Origin: Spirochaetota bacterium
GTDB lineage: Bacteria; Spirochaetota; B62-G9; DRHN01
NCBI GenBank assembly: GCA_011049595.1
Contig: DRHN01000405.1
Span: 1-62,788, forward strand
Length of the DNA stretch: 62,788 bases
Reading direction: 5' to 3'
The position numbers and the translations under genes were made by a program. Below the pieces are notes generated by a model. The model was given only the letters and a program-made list of their open reading frames with translations. It made no database searches and was not told where the DNA came from. This document shows, in pieces, positions 46,491 through 55,722 of the stretch (its first letter is position 1; each line of letters opens with the position of its first letter).

Positions 46491-47150
46491 ATGTACTTCA
46501 AATTAAAAATAAGTCCCTCTCTCCTGGCGGCAGATTTCGGCTGCCTTGCAGATGCCGCGCTGGAGGTCGAAGCCGCGGGAGCTGAAACGCTCCACGTTGA
46601 TTTTATGGACGGGCACTATGTTCCAAATATTGCTTTCGGTTTAGACCTGATACCCGCGTTGAAAAAAAGAGTAAAAATACCCCTGGTCTCCCATCTGATG
46701 ATCTCAAATGCCGAAGAACGTCTTGATGATTTTATAAAAACCGGGACAGACTATATTATAGTCCAGGAAGAAGCAGTAACAGATCTCAACGAAATACTAA
46801 AAAAAATTAGAAGTAACGGCATCAAAACGGGTTTCGCGATCTGCCCGGACAGACCGCTGAAAGAAGTCTACAGCGGGCTGAACAATATTGACTATCTTAT
46901 TGTCCTCGGTGTTTTTCCAGGATTCGGGGGGCAGAAATTCATCGAAGACACCCTTTTTAAAATAAAAGAGGCCCGCGATTTCATGACAAAAAATGAACTC
47001 ACCTTTGATATAGCTGTAGACGGCGGAGTAACCTTAAACACTGCCGGGAAAATAGTAAAAGCGGGCGCAAACGAGCTTATTGCCGGGACAGCGATCTATG
47101 GAGCGGGGGACATAAAAAAGGCGGTCCAGGATTTCCTCGCGCTGGGATAA
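46491..47150 (+). CDS. rpe: Ribulose-phosphate 3-epimerase
   Basis: 219 aa. Motifs: SPSLLAADF, HVDFMDGHYVPN, GFGGQKF, VDGG. Confidence 0.9.
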   Translation: MYFKLKISPSLLAADFGCLADAALEVEAAGAETLHVDFMDGHYVPNIAFGLDLIPALKKRVKIPLVSHLMISNAEERLDDFIKTGTDYIIVQEEAVTDLNEILKKIRSNGIKTGFAICPDRPLKEVYSGLNNIDYLIVLGVFPGFGGQKFIEDTLFKIKEARDFMTKNELTFDIAVDGGVTLNTAGKIVKAGANELIAGTAIYGAGDIKKAVQDFLALG

Positions 47151-47160
47151 AAAAACCGGG

Positions 47161-47727
47161 CTAACGAACAAACCCCGGATCATCCGGGCTGAGTTTAAGG
47201 ACACTAATAAGGTTGCTGTGACTATTGCCCTGAACAAGAAACTGCCGGTCTTCTCTTTCCTCAACAATTATCATAAACGAATAGAGCATTCCGTTCGGTG
47301 TAAAGGGTACAACCGCCCTGCCTTCTATGACCTCGTCCCCGGGTATCAATTTTATGCTTTTCAATACAAGCCCGTCGGGAAATGAAACGGGGTTGAGATA
47401 GCGGTCCCTCACCTCTCCGGCCGGGTTCCCCAGTTCGGAAACGGTAAAATAGTACTGCCTCTCTTCAATATCCATGTTAAATAAGTATACTTTTTTTTCA
47501 AGAATAGCTTTATCGTTTATATAATTGAGCGTATTCTGCAAAGTCATGACAAAATTTTTTGTCCTCTGAGGGTTGATCGAAGAAACAAAACGCGGGGTCA
47601 CAACAAAAAAAATGATGGATATTATCATCAGTATAACAAGGAGCTCAATCAGTGTGTATGCTTTCAATATACAATGTTTCATAGGTAAACTGTTATGTTC
47701 AGGGACCCTAATGCGGTCAAGCTGCAT
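47161..47727 (-). CDS. gspH: Minor pseudopilin GspH-like
   Basis: Prepilin-like N-terminus ...MKHCILKA|YTLIELLVILMIISIIFFVV. The true start may be the ATG at 47682 rather than 47727. Confidence 0.6.
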   Translation of the reverse strand: MQLDRIRVPEHNSLPMKHCILKAYTLIELLVILMIISIIFFVVTPRFVSSINPQRTKNFVMTLQNTLNYINDKAILEKKVYLFNMDIEERQYYFTVSELGNPAGEVRDRYLNPVSFPDGLVLKSIKLIPGDEVIEGRAVVPFTPNGMLYSFMIIVEEREDRQFLVQGNSHSNLISVLKLSPDDPGFVR

Positions 47728-47770
47728 TCTTGCAACTTCGGGCTTGCCCGACTTTTTAATATGTTTCCAG

Positions 47771-47800
47771 CAAAATAAAGTTTGTGCAAACTAAAGTTTA
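47771..47800. promoter_or_regulatory. Two tandem copies of the CAAA(C/A)TAAAGTTT(G/A) motif between gspG and gspH
   Basis: caaaataaagtttg (47771-47784) and caaactaaagttta (47787-47800). Compare with 46424-46437. Confidence 0.4.
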
Positions 47801-47833
47801 TGCCCAGAAAGCAAGAAAATTGTTATTAAGGTA

Positions 47834-48322
47834 CTATTCCCAGTTGACTATGTCGGCGTCGTAGCCTTCCCCTCCCTCTTCTCCGTTCTTACCGCGAGAG
47901 TAGAGGTCGTAGTCCGCGTTATTGACACCCGGTGATACATACACGTAAGGACTCCCCCACGGATCATCCGGCAGTTTTCCTTTTACAAGGTACCCGCCCT
48001 CTCTCCAGTTTTGCAGGTCGTCGCCGGACCCGGGCTTTGCGACAAGGGCCCTCAGTCCCTGATCAGTTTCCGGATATCTGCCGTTATCGAGGTAGTACAG
48101 CTCGAGGGCCTGTTCAAGATTGGAAATCTCCACCTTTGCTTTTACTACCCTTGCGTCTTCAGGTCTTTTTGTCAGTTTCGGTACAACAAATGCGGCAAGG
48201 ATCCCGAGGATTACGATGACTACCATAAGCTCAATCAGGGTAAAACCGTCATACGTACTTGAATGTTTTTTATCAGATTGTGAATCGCGTTTCTTTTTCT
48301 TGGTAGCTGATAAATAGATCAT
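47834..48322 (-). CDS. gspG: Type II secretion major pseudopilin GspG
   Basis: 162 aa. G|FTLIELMVVIVILGILAAFVVP, and a GspG core ALELYYLDNGRYPETDQGLRALV...DPWGSPYVY. The leader is unusually long and basic (26 aa). Confidence 0.85.
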   Translation of the reverse strand: MIYLSATKKKKRDSQSDKKHSSTYDGFTLIELMVVIVILGILAAFVVPKLTKRPEDARVVKAKVEISNLEQALELYYLDNGRYPETDQGLRALVAKPGSGDDLQNWREGGYLVKGKLPDDPWGSPYVYVSPGVNNADYDLYSRGKNGEEGGEGYDADIVNWE

Positions 48323-48478
48323 CTTAAATCTCCGTATTTTAAATCCTGATTAGTATAAAAATATTACAATTTACCGTAAAAAACAACTTTAAGTTCTTTT
48401 CATAATCTCCATCCCGGTATAAAGTATAACCCTAAACCGAAAATTTTTCGCCCCAATTTTTAGGAGAAACCTTTTTTC

Positions 48479-49066
48479 ATGCAAAAAATCCGGGATCACT
48501 ACTTTGAAAAGGCAAAACAGGAGAAGTACTTTGCCCGCTCGATTTACAAGCTGGAAGAAATCGACAAAAAGTACAGATTATTTAAAAAGGGTGTAAAAGT
48601 TCTCGATATAGGATGTTCACCCGGTTCGTGGAGCCAGTATATGCTTAAAAAGGTCGGAACCGGAAGCATCGTGGGTATTGACATCAGCAACAGTGTCCGG
48701 ATTCATGACAATCGTTTCACTTTTATACAGGGAAACATCTTCGATTTTGATCCGGAATTTCTGAAAAAACAGTTTGGATCATTCGATATAATAACAAGCG
48801 ACGCAGCGCCAAAAACCACAGGGAACAAATTTTCCGATGCCGTACAATCTCTGGATATTGTTAGCAGGGTATTTTCAATCGCGGAAATAATTTTACCACC
48901 CGGAGGGACTGCTATCGCCAAAGTATTTCAGGGAGAAGACCTCAAACCTTTCATAGAAGAGATAAAAAACAACTATAAAAGAGTTTCATTATTCAAACCG
49001 AAAAGTTCCCGTAAAGAAAGCAGGGAGATCTTTATAATTGCACATAACCGGAGGAAAGCGCAGTGA
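48479..49066 (+). CDS. rlmE: 23S rRNA (uridine-2'-O)-methyltransferase RlmE/FtsJ
   Basis: 195 aa. Motifs: ARSIYKLEEID, VLDIGCSPGSWSQY, SDAAPKTTG, KVFQGE, KPKSSRKESREIF. Confidence 0.85.
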   Translation: MQKIRDHYFEKAKQEKYFARSIYKLEEIDKKYRLFKKGVKVLDIGCSPGSWSQYMLKKVGTGSIVGIDISNSVRIHDNRFTFIQGNIFDFDPEFLKKQFGSFDIITSDAAPKTTGNKFSDAVQSLDIVSRVFSIAEIILPPGGTAIAKVFQGEDLKPFIEEIKNNYKRVSLFKPKSSRKESREIFIIAHNRRKAQ

Positions 49067-50205
49067 TACGAAATGTAAAAGCATTAACAGCTTCATCCTT
49101 TTTTTCCATGTTTTTTGTCGGGATTACGGCCGTGATCATCGGAGCCGCCGCAACGAACATCGGTCTTCTTCCCCATCAGATCGGGCTTCTCATGTCGATC
49201 CAGAATGTCGGATTTATTATCGCGGTCATAATTTCAGGTTCGCTTGCAGACACGTATGAAAAGCCGAAATTACTGTTTATCGGAAGTCTTGTACTTGCAG
49301 CCGCTTATTTCCTTTTCTATAAGCACCCCTCATTCCTGCTGAACATGCTCATAATGTTCTTCATGGGTGCAGGAATAGGTGTATATGAAGGTGTGCTGGA
49401 TGCAATGCTCTTGGACATTCATAAAAAAAATGAAAGCCGGTATATAATTATTAACCACCTGTTCGTCACACTTGGCGGACTTGCAATCACGGTCTACCTT
49501 ATATTTCTGCAGATGAACTGGCGCAGATCCGTCATTCAAGCTTCGATCGCAGTATTTCTGGTCGCCATATTTTACTTTCTTGCCCGGCTGAAAATTGAAA
49601 CAAAGGGCATGGACAGATTTAAGGACAGATTGGGGTTTTTACGAAAACAAAAGGTCATAGTCCTTCTTTTTATCGCGGCTATCTGTGCGGTCGGATATGA
49701 ACTTGGCAATATTGGTATCATGACAACCTTTCTCATGGAATTAAGAGGTTTCGATCAGATCACGTCCAAAATAGCGCTTGTGCTGTTCATATCGGGGACC
49801 GCAGTCGGAAGGATAATTGCGGGTATTTTTATAAAAAATGAAAAAATATTAAAAACCATCATTCTGCTTTTCGGCTTATCAACTATTTTTATCAGCTGTG
49901 TGTATTTTACAAACGTTGGTCGTTTTATTTATGTTTTTGTATTCTTTTCAGGGATGTCGGTTTCGGCGCTTGTTCCTCTCATCATTGCAATAACCGGGCT
50001 GACTTATAAGGATATCTCAGGAACAGCAATGGGGGTCATAAAATTAGCCATGCCTATCGGCGGGGTCCTCATACCCTTTACACATTCCCTGCTCACAAAG
50101 TATGTTTCATTTGAAAAATCGCTTCTTTTGTTTCCTGTAATAATGGCAGTGAGCTTTATAATCCTGCTGATGAACAGAAAAGAGTTCCAAACAGGGAATT
50201 CCTGA
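49063..50205 (+). CDS. MFS-type transporter
   Basis: 380 aa, hydrophobic throughout with about 12 TM segments. GTG start overlaps the rlmE stop (GTGA) behind GGAGGAAAG. Confidence 0.7.
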   Translation: MIRNVKALTASSFFSMFFVGITAVIIGAAATNIGLLPHQIGLLMSIQNVGFIIAVIISGSLADTYEKPKLLFIGSLVLAAAYFLFYKHPSFLLNMLIMFFMGAGIGVYEGVLDAMLLDIHKKNESRYIIINHLFVTLGGLAITVYLIFLQMNWRRSVIQASIAVFLVAIFYFLARLKIETKGMDRFKDRLGFLRKQKVIVLLFIAAICAVGYELGNIGIMTTFLMELRGFDQITSKIALVLFISGTAVGRIIAGIFIKNEKILKTIILLFGLSTIFISCVYFTNVGRFIYVFVFFSGMSVSALVPLIIAITGLTYKDISGTAMGVIKLAMPIGGVLIPFTHSLLTKYVSFEKSLLLFPVIMAVSFIILLMNRKEFQTGNS

Positions 50206-50419
50206 CTAATTAACCGGGTAAATCGACATTTATATAAAAACCGACGTACCCTTTCACAAGATTTGGTGTGATACAAAAATGATAGCTTTAATAGGTATTT
50301 TAAATAAACCATTTGACTACATAGTTTAATTCTTTTATATTTCGGTTTTGATTTAATGAAAAACCCTGCGGCAAATTTCAGAAAAAATATCTATTAACAC
50401 TTTTTTCGGGGAGTATTTG

Positions 50420-51316
50420 ATGAAAAATCTTACCATGGTTGTGCTGGTAAAACAGGTGCCGGACACTAAAAACATTACCGGCGAGGCAATGAAGGAGGAT
50501 GGGACCGTGAACAGGTCCGCCCTTCCCGCAATATTCAATCCTGAGGACCTGAACGCTCTCGAGATGGCCCTTCAGGTAAAAGAACAGTACGGTGGGACCG
50601 TCAATGTCATTACTATGGGGCCCCCTTCTGCTGTTGACGCCCTCAAAGAAGCGCTCTACAGGGGTGCGGACCGTGTAATGCTGCTGAGTGACCGCAAGTT
50701 CTCGGGTTCCGATACACTTGCCACCTCATTCGCGCTTAAACAGGCAATCATTTCAAAAGTTTCCGACTATGATATCGTGTTCTGCGGGCGACAGGCAATC
50801 GACGGAGACACCGCCCAGGTGGGGCCGCAGACGGCCGAAAAACTGGACATACCTCAGCTCACTTATGTGACCCGGATCGAGGAGCTGGATGACAAAAAGA
50901 TCAAAGTCAAAAGACTGATCGACAACGGCTCTGAGATCGTCGAAGCAGACCTCCCCGCTTTACTTACGGTAACAGATTCCGCAAACGAGCCCCGGCCTTT
51001 TATCGTAAAAAAGATGTTAAAATACAGGAAAGCCGCAAGCAAGCTTGATCTGGAAAAACTTATGCCGCGGTATCCCAGGTTTGAAAACATCGAAGCTCTC
51101 CAGGAGCACTTCATAAGCAAGGGGCTTTTTATTGAAGTCTGGGGGATCGATGACATAAACGCAGACCCGGAAGAGGTTGGCTTCGCAGGCTCTCCAACCA
51201 TGGTCAAAAAGATCGAGAGCATTTCCCTGACAGGAAAAGGGTTTAAGGAAATCGAGCCGACGGATGAAGGGATCAAGAATTTTGTTGCCGAGCTGATAGA
51301 AGATCACACATGGTAA
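50420..51316 (+). CDS. etfB: Electron transfer flavoprotein beta subunit
   Basis: VVLVKQVPDT...NPEDLNALEMAL...ITMGPP...LLSDRKFSGSDTLATS...GRQAIDGDTAQVGP is the typical EtfB pattern. Confidence 0.9.
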   Translation: MKNLTMVVLVKQVPDTKNITGEAMKEDGTVNRSALPAIFNPEDLNALEMALQVKEQYGGTVNVITMGPPSAVDALKEALYRGADRVMLLSDRKFSGSDTLATSFALKQAIISKVSDYDIVFCGRQAIDGDTAQVGPQTAEKLDIPQLTYVTRIEELDDKKIKVKRLIDNGSEIVEADLPALLTVTDSANEPRPFIVKKMLKYRKAASKLDLEKLMPRYPRFENIEALQEHFISKGLFIEVWGIDDINADPEEVGFAGSPTMVKKIESISLTGKGFKEIEPTDEGIKNFVAELIEDHTW

Positions 51317-51381
51317 TACAATAGTCGATGGTGCTGCCTCACGGACACGGCCGCCAATTCATTCTAATTAGGAGAAATTTG

Positions 51382-52410
51382 ATGGCAAAATATGGAGAAG
51401 TGTGGGTTTATGCTGAACAGGAGTGGGACACACTGCAGGAAATCGGTATCGAGCTCCTTTCAAAAGGCAGAGAGCTGGCCGACGCCCTTGGTGTAAACCT
51501 TTCCGCTGTCCTTGTCGGCTCAAATGTCAAAAAACACGCGGACCCGTTGTTCCAGCATGGAACTGACAGAGTTTTTGTTTGCGAAGACCCTACACTGGAA
51601 TACTATGACACTGTAAAATACGCGAAAACGCTTACAGATCTAATAACCGAGCATAAACCGGAGGTTGTGCTTTTCGGAGCTTCGACACGGGGAAGGGACA
51701 TTGCACCACGCATTGCCTCCACGTTAAAAGTCGGTTTGACCGCGGACTGCACAGACCTGCAGATTGGTGATTATAAAAAACCGGGCGCGGGCGGGGCTGA
51801 GTACAAAAACCTGCTCTACCAGATACGGCCGGCCTTCGGCGGTAATATTATAGCCACGATCGTTAACCCCAGCACACGGCCCCAGATGGCAACAGTACGG
51901 GAAGGCGTAATGCCTACCCCCCCTTTACAGTACGGACGAAAAGGTGAAATTATTGTTTATAAACCTGAGCTGAAAAACTTAAAAAACATTACACGGATAC
52001 TGAGCAGAGAAAAAACTGAAAAAAGAGTCAACCTTAAAGCCGCCAATATAATCGTTTCCGGCGGATACGGCGTAGGATCGAAGGAAAACTTCAAGTTGAT
52101 ATACGACCTGGCCGGAGTACTGGGCGCCGAGGTGGGCGCGAGCAGGGCTGCCGTAGACGCGGGTTTTATAGTCAAGGACCATCAGGTCGGACAGACAGGC
52201 ACAACGGTGAGGCCCAAACTTTACATCGCCTGCGGAATTTCAGGGTCGGTCCAGCACAAGGCCGGCATGGACCAATCCGCAAAAATCGTCGCAATAAACA
52301 ACGATTCCGGCGCTCCGATTTTCAGCGTTGCCCATTACGGTATCATCGGAGACCTCAACGAGGTTATTCCTTTAATGATAGAAGACATTACGAAAAGGCG
52401 GGTGGACTAG
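51382..52410 (+). CDS. etfA: Electron transfer flavoprotein alpha subunit
   Basis: The C-terminal FAD-binding pattern is VSGGYGVGS...GASRAAVDAGF...QVGQTGTTVRPKLYIACGISGSVQHKAGM. The ATG at 51382 behind AGGAGA is preferred over 51328. Confidence 0.9.
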   Translation: MAKYGEVWVYAEQEWDTLQEIGIELLSKGRELADALGVNLSAVLVGSNVKKHADPLFQHGTDRVFVCEDPTLEYYDTVKYAKTLTDLITEHKPEVVLFGASTRGRDIAPRIASTLKVGLTADCTDLQIGDYKKPGAGGAEYKNLLYQIRPAFGGNIIATIVNPSTRPQMATVREGVMPTPPLQYGRKGEIIVYKPELKNLKNITRILSREKTEKRVNLKAANIIVSGGYGVGSKENFKLIYDLAGVLGAEVGASRAAVDAGFIVKDHQVGQTGTTVRPKLYIACGISGSVQHKAGMDQSAKIVAINNDSGAPIFSVAHYGIIGDLNEVIPLMIEDITKRRVD

Positions 52411-54132
52411 ATGGAAAACTTCTTTACTGATAACGAAGACATACAACTTATTTTTAAAAATTCAGACATAACAGAACTGATCGACTTGAAAGAGGGCGAC
52501 TATTCCGATTCCGAGGAGTTTGACTATGCGTTCACCGATGCCCGGGACGCTAAGGAAGGATACAGGGAGATACTTACTCTTATAGGCGAGATCGCGGCGC
52601 AGATAATCTCCCCCCTCGCCCCGGGCATAGATGAAGAGGGGTGTCATTTCAACGCAGGTACCGTCACTTACGCTGAAGGCACGAAAAAGTGCCTGGACGT
52701 TCTCAGAAAGTCAAATCTTATGGGCTTCACGCTCCCAAGGAAATACGGCGGGCTGTACCTCCCCAGCGTTATATATTCCCTGAGCATTGAAATGGTGTCC
52801 CAGGCCGACGCAAGCCTCATGAATATTTTCGGTCTGCAGGATATTGCTGAAACAATAAACGAGTTCGCCGGCGAAGAGCAGAAAGAAAAATATCTCCCGC
52901 TGTTCTCAAGCGGCAGCGTGACCGGCGCGATGGCTCTAACAGAGCCGGATGCAGGGTCCGACCTGCAGGCTGTTCAGCTCAAAGCAACATATGACGAGGC
53001 AGACGGGACGTGGCACCTGGACGGGGTAAAAAGATTTATCACAAACGGATGCGGCGATATACTGCTTGTTCTGGCAAGAAGTGAACCCGGTACCAAAGAC
53101 GGAAGGGGCCTGTCAATGTTTATCGCCGAGCATGATGAGTCACTTGTTGTCAGGAGGATCGAGAACAAGCTCGGTATACACGGTTCCCCTACGTGCGAAC
53201 TCCAGTTCAACAACACAAAAGCCTTTCTCGTAGGAAAAAGGAGAATGGGCCTTATCAGATATGTAATGGCTCTCATGAACGGCGCCCGTGTCGGTATTTC
53301 GGCACAGGGTATCGGCATCGCCCAGGCGGCATATCTTGAGGGGATGGAATACGCCAGGGCCAGGGAGCAGTTCGGGACGGCAATAATAAACATGCCTCTT
53401 GTCTACGAGATGCTTATCAACTCGCGCGTGAACATCGAAGCCGCGCGAGTTCTCCTCTTTACCGCGTCAGAGGCAGTGGATCTGAAAAGAGGTTATGAGC
53501 TTGAGCTTGAAAGAACAGAAAGCCCGTCAAAAAAGCTCAGACAGAAGGCAAAGTACCACAGTTCTCTTGCAGCGCTTCTCACTCCGATGTCAAAATACCT
53601 CTCAACAGAATACGCCAACAAAGTATCCTATGACATGCTGCAGGTGCACGGGGGCACAGGTTTTATGAAGGATTTTAACATCGAAAGACACTACAGGGAC
53701 GCGCGAATAACAAACATTTACGAAGGCACAACACAGCTGCAGTTCGTGGCCGCGATGGGCGGTGTGATCACACGTGTCATGGAGCCCGAGCTGGACAGGA
53801 TGGAGAGTCTTTTTACCGAGGATTTTCAAAAGCCTTACCTAAAAGAGCTGAAAGAAAAAAGAGAATTGTTGAGCAAAACCATTGATTACATAAAACAAAA
53901 GGAAGACCACACCTACCAGTCGTACCATTCAGGCAGGATAGTGGACATGGCGACCAAGCTCTACACTTCCTATCTTTTTCTCAAATACGCGCCTTTTTCG
54001 GACAACAAGAAAAAGACCACAACGATTTTCTTTGAAAGAGAAATGCCCGAAATAGAAAAAAATTACGCAGTCATCTCAAGCGGCAGGAGCGCTGTTATAG
54101 ATGAGTGTGAGGCGCTGCTTAACGGGGAATAA
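52411..54132 (+). CDS. Acyl-CoA dehydrogenase with a C-terminal extension
   Basis: 573 aa. Motifs: ALTEPDAGSDL, GVKRFITNG, YEGTTQLQ. Its ATG begins directly after the etfA stop. Confidence 0.85.
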   Translation: MENFFTDNEDIQLIFKNSDITELIDLKEGDYSDSEEFDYAFTDARDAKEGYREILTLIGEIAAQIISPLAPGIDEEGCHFNAGTVTYAEGTKKCLDVLRKSNLMGFTLPRKYGGLYLPSVIYSLSIEMVSQADASLMNIFGLQDIAETINEFAGEEQKEKYLPLFSSGSVTGAMALTEPDAGSDLQAVQLKATYDEADGTWHLDGVKRFITNGCGDILLVLARSEPGTKDGRGLSMFIAEHDESLVVRRIENKLGIHGSPTCELQFNNTKAFLVGKRRMGLIRYVMALMNGARVGISAQGIGIAQAAYLEGMEYARAREQFGTAIINMPLVYEMLINSRVNIEAARVLLFTASEAVDLKRGYELELERTESPSKKLRQKAKYHSSLAALLTPMSKYLSTEYANKVSYDMLQVHGGTGFMKDFNIERHYRDARITNIYEGTTQLQFVAAMGGVITRVMEPELDRMESLFTEDFQKPYLKELKEKRELLSKTIDYIKQKEDHTYQSYHSGRIVDMATKLYTSYLFLKYAPFSDNKKKTTTIFFEREMPEIEKNYAVISSGRSAVIDECEALLNGE

Positions 54133-55510
54133 CCAGGAGCTTGTTCCCTTCGTCAATCGCCCTTATCATTCCGTCGTTTCTGAAAGCTCTTTCAGAGATC
54201 CAGGCGTCGGGATCTTTAACCGGAATAAAACCACCGGGGATGACCTTTTCGTCAGGGAGATCGGAGTAAAGATATAGCTTTACCTCCTGCTCCAGCTGCA
54301 GCTTGAGGATCCTGTCCGTTTTCCACAGATAAAGCTCGAAGTTATCTTCTATCCATCTCTTTCCCTCTTCAAGCGGTCTTTTGATCCATGTCACGAGGTT
54401 GTCCCAGAAAAGAAGTTTCGCCTTCAAATCCGGTGCAAGCCCACTCACTTCCTCTTTTAGTTCCGGTCTTCCCGCACAGGGCGCCAGTATCAGTGCATCC
54501 CCTCCCTGCTTTATTGCAAACTTCAGGGCCATATCAAAGCAGTTCTGAACACCGTACAGGGTGTTACAGGCAGGCGGGCCGCCTGGCGAAATAACCACAT
54601 ATTTTGTTCTTTCGATATAATGCACAGCGTGTTTGTCCACCGCGGCTGTCATTTCCCTGCTTACAATATCCAGGTCGCCGGCCTTGATCCAATCGATCGA
54701 TCTTGATGAAGAGATCATATCAAGAAGGAACTCCGGCACCCGTCCTACATCTCTGAGATCCCCATCAATGATCAAATGCCTGTTCGCCATTTTCCTGACA
54801 TATCTGTTGTCCTCCCCGAACGGGTTTCTTCGCCTTGATTCATCAGCATGATGGGGGTTTCTCCCGGCTGAAGAGTATTCATGATCAAGCGCGTGCTTAT
54901 GGGTGGATGTTACCGTCCTCCTGGAGGAGAGTCCTGGACACACCTGCTTGTCGGCGACACTGTAGCCGTTCATGTAATGGTGCTTGGATTCATGCCCGAA
55001 AACACGGACCTCGGTTTTCAGCCACTCATCCCAAACCTCTGCCGGAGTGCCAAGCGCGGTCTCGCCGAGATAAACATGCTCCCCGCTGTCGCAATCATTC
55101 GCCATGACCCTTACAGGTCTGCCGATTTTTTCTGCTATGGTCTTAACTGCCTGGATCAAATTTTTCCCGTAAACTCCCGGATCGTGCGTCCCCGTGGCAA
55201 TAAATACCGTAAGGCTCTCAGGGTCTCCGGCAAAGATCTCGGCCATCATTCTGTCGACGATAAGTTCCTGCAGCCCCCATCGGAATTCATCGGATATGAC
55301 GAAACCCACCCCCTTGCCTTTAACCATATCCCTGAGTCTCTCTGTGCCATCGGGTCTGGCAAGTGCAGTGTCGATCCTTTCGTTCATCCCGGCCATGGTG
55401 AGTATTTCTTCCGGCGGATGGGTTTTTACCAGGCCCCCCGCAAGGAAACCCTCAGGGAAACTAAGCTCCATGATATTTTCCCCGTATGTAAACGGCAGCT
55501 TTGTTTTCAT
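54119..55510 (-). CDS. LarA-like (DUF2088, nickel-dependent racemase family) protein
   Basis: 463 aa. The N-terminal pattern ...GKGVGFVISDEFR... and FIATGTHDP resembles the lactate racemase N-domain as I remember it. Not verified. Confidence 0.5.
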   Translation of the reverse strand: MKTKLPFTYGENIMELSFPEGFLAGGLVKTHPPEEILTMAGMNERIDTALARPDGTERLRDMVKGKGVGFVISDEFRWGLQELIVDRMMAEIFAGDPESLTVFIATGTHDPGVYGKNLIQAVKTIAEKIGRPVRVMANDCDSGEHVYLGETALGTPAEVWDEWLKTEVRVFGHESKHHYMNGYSVADKQVCPGLSSRRTVTSTHKHALDHEYSSAGRNPHHADESRRRNPFGEDNRYVRKMANRHLIIDGDLRDVGRVPEFLLDMISSSRSIDWIKAGDLDIVSREMTAAVDKHAVHYIERTKYVVISPGGPPACNTLYGVQNCFDMALKFAIKQGGDALILAPCAGRPELKEEVSGLAPDLKAKLLFWDNLVTWIKRPLEEGKRWIEDNFELYLWKTDRILKLQLEQEVKLYLYSDLPDEKVIPGGFIPVKDPDAWISERAFRNDGMIRAIDEGNKLLVIPR

Positions 55511-55722
55511 AATTTTCCTTTAGATCGTGATATTTTCACAGTGTGTTATGTAAAATACTGTATACAAAATAGCTAACTTTTGCGTCAACGGACAATTTAA
55601 ATGAAACTCCTGATTTTGTTAATGAACAATCACATAAACTTCTTATTCTTTCCTACATTACTTGTTATATTCCGTTTACGGCCATCCCGTTTAGGGTAGA
55701 CAGAAAGAGGGCAAGTTTTACA

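Noticed and set aside
54881-55576. 231-aa plus-strand ORF, and other long antisense ORFs (for example 60724..61284(-), 41936..42439(-), 52974..53393(-), 22476..22997(+), 1826..2209(+))
   Set aside because: Each lies entirely within, and antisense to or out of frame with, a gene that has strong motif support (LarA-like, RlmL-like, ppdK, ACAD, lnt, rplC). Each has biased, low-complexity composition.
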